Part shown: piece by piece, positions 39,701-48,700 of the stretch
Numbering within the stretch: position 1 is the first letter of the stretch
Layout: each line of letters begins with the position of its first letter
The notes under the pieces: model-generated
The model's input: the letters and a program-made list of their open reading frames with translations, nothing else
What the model was told of the DNA's origin: nothing
Databases searched by the model: none
Translations under genes and position numbers: made by a program
From: a virus
IMG/VR virus record: IMGVR_UViG_3300028384_001275
Coordinates: 32,001-96,000 of that record
Reading direction: 5' to 3' (one strand)
Length of the DNA: 64,000 nucleotides

Positions 39701-42700
39701 CATTAATGCTGCTGGATCTACAGCACCTTTTGTCAAATTCTCTGTCCTGGGTCAGGTTACGAATATCTCGTATTACTTCGATCCATCACGGACTGGTGCA
39801 GATTCACCTGTTGGATCTAATTCGTTTATTGACGTTATTACAACTCCATATCAAGGTATTTTCAGAATTTCTGAAGTACCTACTGATAAGCAATTCAAAT
39901 TCCCCCTGCTCAAAGAGCCTGAGAGAAATGCTGCTGAAGTTATTGATGATGAGTTTGACAACCCATATTCTTTCTACTCCACAACTTCGACAAGAGCAGT
40001 TGGACCTATCAATAGTATCAAACTGGTTTCTCCTGGTGGATTCTATCAGAAACTGCCTATTATCTCTGATATTGCTTCTTTCCGTCAAATTGAAAAATTG
40101 GTTATCAATGACGGTGGCACTGAATATGCGCCTGGTGTATATTCGCAAATTGATGTTGATGGAGACGGTGAAGGTGGTAAAGCAACTATTACAGTTGAAT
40201 TTGATGACGAAGTTGGATCTGGCACTATCACTGAGGCAGTTATAACCGATCCTGGTAAAGGTTACACCACTGCTAGTATTGATATTGATGGTATTCCTGG
40301 AATCTTAGGATCAACTCTCGCTGGATCTGGTGGATCCGTCTCTGTTATTATTCCAGACGAGGGTGAGGGTGCATCCGTCTTCCTGACTGGTAAGAATATT
40401 GGTAAGATCAGAAGACTGAAGAATAATGAATTTGGTTTCGGATATTCTCATGACTATACTCTCAAACCTGAGATTACCTTCCCCGTTAACCTGCAACTCT
40501 TTAACACTTCGATTCTTTCTGAAATTAAGATCACTAACCCTGGTAGTGGTTATACATCCACACCTGCTGTAGTCATCGAAGGTGGTGGTGGCGAAGGTGC
40601 AGACGCAGAGGCAGTTGTCAAGAATAATCGTCTTTCTGAAATTATTATCAAGAATCCTGGTGCTGGTTACTCTTCTGAGCCTACTGTCACACTGAAGTCT
40701 GAGTTTAACTACGTTGTCAACCTCGACCTCAACTATCTGCAGTTTAACTTCCCTCACGGTATTACAACTGGTGCAGAAGTGCAATTTAGAGCAGATGATG
40801 TTGGTAGCACCGAGGGTCAGTTGCCTAGACCTTCTAGCGCAGGTCTGACTGCATTGATTGAAGGGCAAACATACTATGCTATTGCTGGTAATGTTAATGG
40901 TCTGGAATCTGATCAGATTAGATTTGCATTGACCGCCGCTGCAGCTGCATCTGGAGACTTTATTACATTCCTGACTCAAGGTGAAGGTCGTCAAGTCCTT
41001 CTTACTGAAGTGTTTGGTGGTGCTGCCGAGGCAGTTGTTGAAACATCCAGATTCTTGGAAGGTGAAACTGTTTTCCAAGGGACAAACATTGAGCAAGCGA
41101 CAGCAACAGGCACGGTTTCTAACAATACTGGTTGGCAGATTGGTCCTAAAATTCTTAAGATTGTTGATTACACTGGTGATTGGGAATCGGGCGAAAGAGT
41201 AACTGGCACCATTTCTAAGGCATCTGGTGTAATTGATAACTTCAGCATTGCTCGTGGCGTGTTGAATATTGGATCTTTGACTCGCACACCTGGTCGCTTT
41301 ATTGATGACGTAGGTAAACCCTCTGAGATTGTCCAGAAGATTCAAGACTCCTTCTTCTATCAAAACTTCTCTTACGTTATTAAGTCTGAAACTCCAATCA
41401 CTAATTGGAAAACTCAGATTCTTGAAAATAATCACCCAGCTGGATTTAACCTCTTTGGTCAGTTAGAGCTATCTGGTGGTAAGGATGTCTCTGGTCGTAA
41501 GATTGGCACAGAATTCACCAAGCAGGTGAATATCAATAACTACAGCAATGTTAATGAGATTACTTCATTCGGTGCTGCACAACCCATCTACACAGATTAC
41601 AACAACACTGAAGTCCTCTTCCGTAAGAAGCGTCTGACCTCCTCCGAGGAAATTCTGACTTCTATTGTTAAGAAGCTGGATGATATCTCAGGTAGATTCA
41701 ATGGTATCGATAAACAATTCCCCATCACCGTTGAAGGTGAGCAAGTTATTGTCAATCAAGATCAGTTGATGATCACTTTGAATGGTGTGATTCAGGCACC
41801 TGGCGATTCATACTCTGTGGTCGGTGGTAACCTGGTCTTCTCTGAGCCTCCTAAGCCTCCCTCTAAGGTCAACTACAGAAATATCTCTATTAGCACAATT
41901 CCCATCACCAGAATCAATCTATATTCTGGTCAAGTTGGCATTCCTAACTATGGTATTTTCCCCACTCTGGGTCAGCAGATCCAAGGAGAAAACTCGGATG
42001 CAGTTGCTACTGTTATTGGATCTGGCACTAATCACATTGATGTTATCAATATCAATGGCGTATTTGAGTTGAATGAAGAGATCGTCCGTGGATCACTCTT
42101 CTCAGCATTGGTCCAGTCGATTGAAGTCCAGAATACTAATACAATCTATGAATTTGGTGAGTCTATCACCAATCTGAATGGTGACACTGCAATCATTGAA
42201 GAAAATAACCTTAGTGATGGTGTCATCTCCGACGACCTGGTTATTTCTAAGACATCGGGCACAGCTAAGTATGAGACTGGCATTTTCAATATCAGACTAA
42301 ATGATTATATTATCTCTGCTAAGTCTAATATTGCTGCTCAAGTTACCAGCATTTCACCTTACAGAGATCCAAATACAAGTGATATTGTAGATGAATTGAT
42401 CATCAACCAAGGATCTTCTTTCTTTGGTCTGCTGTTTGAGCGTTTGGTTTCTCTAACCAATCCTAACGTAATCCTGGATGATATTTCTAAGTCCTCGATT
42501 ACACCCACTGAATTGTATGATGCTTCAGAGCGTATCAACGCCGACTTCCTCGACTTTGAGGAAATTAGAAGCACTGAGATCGTTTATACAAATCTTGCAA
42601 ATGGCACTTTTGAAGAAGGCGATACCATTATCAACAAAGAAGTTGATTATGGTAATGCAACCTCGGTATATCATGGTGGAGCTGCAAATAGATTCAAGGA

Positions 42701-45700
42701 TTCCTCAAGAATGATTCTTGGGAATAAGCAAGAAATTATTGACTTCGGTGAAGCAGAAATCGCAGTTTGGCATCCTGGATTCTATTTCCCAGGAGATGTT
42801 ATTACAAATTCCTGGTCTAGATTCTCTGATGCATATCGTCTGATTCAGCGTAACAAGCTGTATATCGCTGCTCGTGCATACGATGAGATGATTACTCAGT
42901 ATCCTTCGCTGTCTGTCCCCGACGAGGACAAGTGTCTGCGTGACCTGGAATACTACATCGATGCAATCTCCCTGGATATCCACAGAGGTGGCAATGTTTA
43001 TACTCGCAAATTTGTCCTTAAGTATTTTAATGCTGGCACATTTGATTATGTGAATAGCGAAGTTGCTGAGACTCGTTTTGGATATGAAAAAGCGAAAGAT
43101 TGGATGATCAAGGCACTTACAAACAATATCGATCAAGATTACACTGGTCTCAGTGGTCCTAATGCAGGTATTGTCTTCAAACCTTGGAATGAAATTGATA
43201 AAGGTGGTAGTAGGGGATTGGGTATTACTGCTGACCCATCACCTAATGATGATTATGGCACAGCTGGTAGTAATGCTGATAATACCGACGTTAATGTTTG
43301 CACCGATGTGCAAGATGCGATCACTACTCTGTATGGAGTGATTGATGAAGCACTGGAAAATGGCAATACAACAGATCTTCCTGATGAGACGGAAGGCACT
43401 TATTCTGTTGGTCAAACCAAGTGTCGTCGTGATGTGGGTCTTCTGGTCGATGCTATCGCGGGTGATGTTAGCCAAGGGGGCAATTACAACATTGTCGAAT
43501 TCGCTAAGAGATATTTTGATGCAGATGGCAATCCTATTACTAACGGTCTTATTGGTGAATATGCAGAATCTCTAACTGCATTTGAAAAGGCAAGAGACTT
43601 GTGCTACAGAGCGATTAATAACCTCCTCTATTATCAGGTTAATACTACTACACCTGAAACTGGTTACATGTTGAATGATCCCACCACTTATGCTGGTCCT
43701 TACAGCGGTGGTGAGACCTCAGTAACTCAACTGGATGTGAGTGCAGCATCTTATACTGCTTCTACTGGTGAATTGATATTGACCGTTGGGTCTGGTCATG
43801 GTCTGACGACTTCCGATACTCTGTATGTCCGTCCATATTCTCTGAGATTTACTTGTGATAGTGATAATCATGCAACTTTCCATGATTATCCTCGTAGTGG
43901 TGATCCTGCATTCAACAGTGCAAGAAATATTACCGCCACAAGCGCGACCACGCTTACTATAAACATAGGGGCTTCTACGAATAGCAGCTTCACTCCTACT
44001 GCAGCAACATATAACACTCAGACAGGTGATCTGACGCTCACAATCGGCACTCACACTTTGGGTCTGAATGATTATGTGACGATTGCAGACGATGCTCTGA
44101 CTTTCACCTGCACTCAGGATGATGATGCAACCAGTCACACATATCCTCGGTCTACTGACCCTGCGTCTGGACAGAGACTGTTTATTACAGCAAAAACTGA
44201 CACCACGATTACAGTCAATGTTGGTGCTTCTCCTGTCGGTCAACAGTATGACCACACCTTCGTTTCTGCAGTTGCCAACTCGGTTACCTACGGTGGTGGA
44301 TATACCCACACCTTTATCAAGGCACTCGACAATGCAGTTTACTCAGGTGGTGGCACACGGGCACAATATTTTGATCAAAACTACTCCTCTGGTAATAACC
44401 AGCAGATTGGTAACTGTGCAAACGTCCAGGCATATATTCACACCCTGGTCAATATCGCATCAACTGCACTTGAGGCAGGAGATCTAACTAATATCAACGC
44501 TCTATCTTCGGTCACTGACGGCACATTTGTTGATGGTGAAACTGTCAGGACTACCAAGCTGGGATATGATGATAAGTCCACTGGTCTGTTTACGACCAAT
44601 GACATCATTAAAGGAGTTAGCTCCAACGCTTCCTTTACTGCAGTTGGCGTTAATTCTGGTCTGAAATGGTTGTTTGCTGGAAATATTACAGGGACATTTA
44701 CTATTGGTGAATACATCACAAACTCCAGACTAACAAATCAAAATAGCGTCACACAATCTGTCATTACTAAGAAAACTGAATTGTCTGGAACTAAGTCCAT
44801 TGCATTCCCTGCAACTGGATACTTGAATATGCCAGAAAGCAATGATTTTGCTTTTGGCACTGGTGAATTTACAATTCAAGGTTGGATTCGCGTCCCCAAC
44901 GTTGTGGGACTCAAGACTTTGTTTGATCTGCGTCGAGTATCAACTACAGGATTAAGATTTGTCCTTGATGGCACAACTTTGAGAGCATATAATGGCACAT
45001 CTCAACTGGTATCTGGAGGAACTTTAGCAGCAGATACTTGGTATCACATTGCTCTAATCCGATCTTCTGCTGTTACTAGAATTTATCTAGATGGCACACA
45101 AGTTGGTAGTGATGCTGCTGACACTAATGATTATGGTTATGCGCCTCTTTACATTGGTGCTGACTTTAATGGATCTAATAGCTTCCAAGGTTGGATGGAT
45201 AATGTGGTGGTCAAGAAGGGCACTGCTGACTATAGCTCGGCATTTACTGCTCCTACTCAGATCAATTATGCCAACCAAAATAATGATATTGTCTTCGGTC
45301 TTGACGGTGAAGGTCCCTTCATCCTGTCTACAACTGAAACATATGCAACTCTGACTGGACAAAAAACTTCTTCTGCTACTGTTAAGAAGGTAGATTATAC
45401 TGCAACCTCCTTGATTATTAAAGATGTTGATCTTGGTAGAGCAGTATACAAGAATTTGGCTGATATTGTTGAGTTGAATGATGAGTGGATTGCTGAAGAA
45501 GCAGTCGGCAGAATGAAGGCGAAATTCCCTGATTTCATCATGCCTGGCGATAACGCAGCTGAAGGTCTCTATACAGGCACCAACTACTGCTTGCGTGATA
45601 CCAAGGACTTCATCATCGGATCTCTGGTTAAAGATCTCAGAGAGGGTGGCAACTATCATACCCTCTACACAGGTCGGACCTATCTGGAAGCATCTGGAAA

Positions 45701-48700
45701 ACTGAAGCACGTTGGTAATGAGATTCTTCAGACCCTCTATACTTGGAATGAAGTTTATGACATTATTGAAAACAGCATTGTCAGAAACAACGCCGATACT
45801 GGTGTGGGTGTCTACACCACGAGACTGAGAATTCCTCAGACTCAATATCCTACGGTGACTTCTACTGTCCAAGCATTCTTGGATGAGACTCGTCTGCTGA
45901 TTGACGACCTGTTGGAAGTCCTGGCACCTACTGGTGATCGCTTCCGTGATGGTGGTGTTAATATCTGGAAAAACCGCGATTACATCGCTGAGGAGACTGT
46001 TGGTTACCTGCAGAATAAGTATCAGGCAACTCTCAACGGCACTGATTATGATTTCCTTGAAATGCCTGGTGGTGGTGAGTCCTCTTGTAAGCGCGATATT
46101 CGCACACATATCATTCCTGCGATCATTGGTGATCTTTGCACAGGCGGCACCTATCAGACTGAAAAGATCCTCGATTCCTATCTGGATTCTCAAAACAACA
46201 TTCTTTATGTTGAAGAAGAGTTGAATCCAATGATTGATGCCTTCCATTTCACTAACATGTTGTGTCAGAAGGCTGTTAATAATCTTCTGCTTTCTCCTGG
46301 TGAGACTGCAGGTGAGTTGAGTGTCCCAGCGTGGGTCCAAGACGATTACTATTCTCCTCTTTATACATCTCGCGCTGCTTATAAAGATAATACGCTTGAG
46401 GTTGATCCTCAAGGATATCCTCAAAATAATCGCAATTCCAATGATCGTTATATTGATGCTGTCAACACCATTCAGCGCAATAAGGATATTATTGCTATGG
46501 AATCTGTTGCAACCATGAATGACTTCTCCAAGTTTGAGAATCTGGCCATTCCTGGCGGTCCTGTCAACTGCGAAGATGACGTTAGAGACATTATTGATGC
46601 AGTCTCCCATGACCTTCTCTTCGATTGTAATGAGAAGACTTATGACGCAGCTGCTCTCTATGTTGAGACTGAGAATAACTCACTGAAGCATATTGAGTCT
46701 GAGTGGGAAGCATCTGTTACCACTTATAAGATCGCTCGCGACATGATGACGTTGACCATGCGTAATGGATTTGGTCGTGACTATGTGGATGGAAACGATC
46801 CTCTGACAGTGCCCGTCCAGTCATACGAGCAGAATCCTAAGGAGGACATCTACAGAGATGCTGCTGATGCAATCGATGCAAACATCAGATACATTGCTGA
46901 GCAAGCAGTTGATGCTGGAGAAACTCAGTATCCTTCACTGGTTATTCCTGGCGGATCTATTAACTGTGTCCATGACGTTACTGACATCCTCCGTGCTCTG
47001 GTATTCAACCTGAAGTATGGCGGTAACAATATGCTTCAATATGCAACTGAATTCTATGTGAATGATGCAGGTAACCTGCAGCATATCTCCTCCCAGTCTG
47101 CTGAAACTATTTGGATCATTAACAAGGCAAGAGATTTTGTTAAGCGTGCAATGAAGGGTCAGATCATCACCAATACTTCTGGTTATGGTGTTGCTCAACG
47201 ATTCTACGATAGTGTTGCTAAACCCACCAACCAGCTACGTCCTTCCAACCAGACTGATGGTGTTGATCTGACAGCATTTAATAACTTGGTTACTAGAAGT
47301 TTTACCAACGGCACAACCGACATTAATAATTCTGAAAACTCGGCAACGGGTCAGGCAAATAATGAAGACCTTGTTTGTCGTGTCACCACAACTCTCCCCT
47401 CAGGCACTCCTACAGATGGCGTCCTCTGGGAAGGTGGTGGAAGTGATTATGGATCTTGGATTGGTATTAGAGATAGTGGCACATACTTCCGTCTCCGTGC
47501 TGGTGATGGTGGCAACTCCTTCGCAGGTGGTGCAACTTACACAGATACTGGTCTGGCATTGCTGGATATTCCCATCTCCGATCTGTCAGATTATTTCGAT
47601 GGTGGCACTCATGAGATCGTCTGGCAGATCAATGTTGGCGGTAATACTGCAACAGGTCCTGGTCTCGTCAAGGTCTGGTTTGATGGAGTCCCCGTGGGCG
47701 AAGCACAGACACCTGGCACTAGCAACACTGGACTTGGTGCTAACTCTGGTTATTGGTCTGGTGGTGGCAATGGTGGTTTCGGTGCAACTTCTGGTGTTTC
47801 TGGTGGTGTCCCATCAGGCGAGCCTACAGCAGCATGGGCATATACAACTTCTGATCTGGATTACTATCGCGCACGTCGTGTTGATGAGTCCTACACAGGC
47901 ACTGAGACCGATGAGGTTAGCAGTGAGATTGATACTCTGATGGCATTTGTTACTGATGGTCTGGCATCTCCTGCTCAGGTTAATAGTCGTGGTTACGATA
48001 TGCCTATCATCTGGCCAATCAAGTTTACCCCTGAAGTTACTATTAGAGATCTAGGTATCACATATGATACTGCTGGTGGTGGTCAAGATGCTGATGGCAC
48101 TTGGAATCAGACTTGCTCTCAAGTTGCATCTTCTATCGATACCCTGATGGACATCGTTATTGATACAATCTCCGAGGCTGCAAATAATAATGTATATCAT
48201 CTGACTAGCATCACCAAAACTACACCAGCAACTAATAACACCATATATCAAGCTGGCACATGTTATAACGTAACCTCTTCGATTGATACTCTCTTTGAGA
48301 TCATGACAGACACCCTTGGTGGTGGCACTGAGAATGATAAGATTGTTGCTAATAGACTTCTGTTTAATTCCCATGCGGTTGCACAAAGAGCATTTGCAGA
48401 TACTCAAGCACAATTCTCAGATACGAATCTAACTATTGAATTTGCCGAAAAACTCACTAAGGCAGTCCGTTATGACCTTATTACTGGTGGTAATGCAGGA
48501 GCATTTGCACTTGCACAAGAATGGTTTGACGGTGAGGGCAATTTCATCGCATTCACTGATGTTATTCGCACACACATCATTTACTGCATGACTCGTGTTA
48601 GAGAATATATTAAGTCTGTAATGTATTTGATTGATACTGATCCTGGTTGGGATACTTATGATCTCTATAATCCTGCAGAAAGATTTGAATGGAATCAAGA

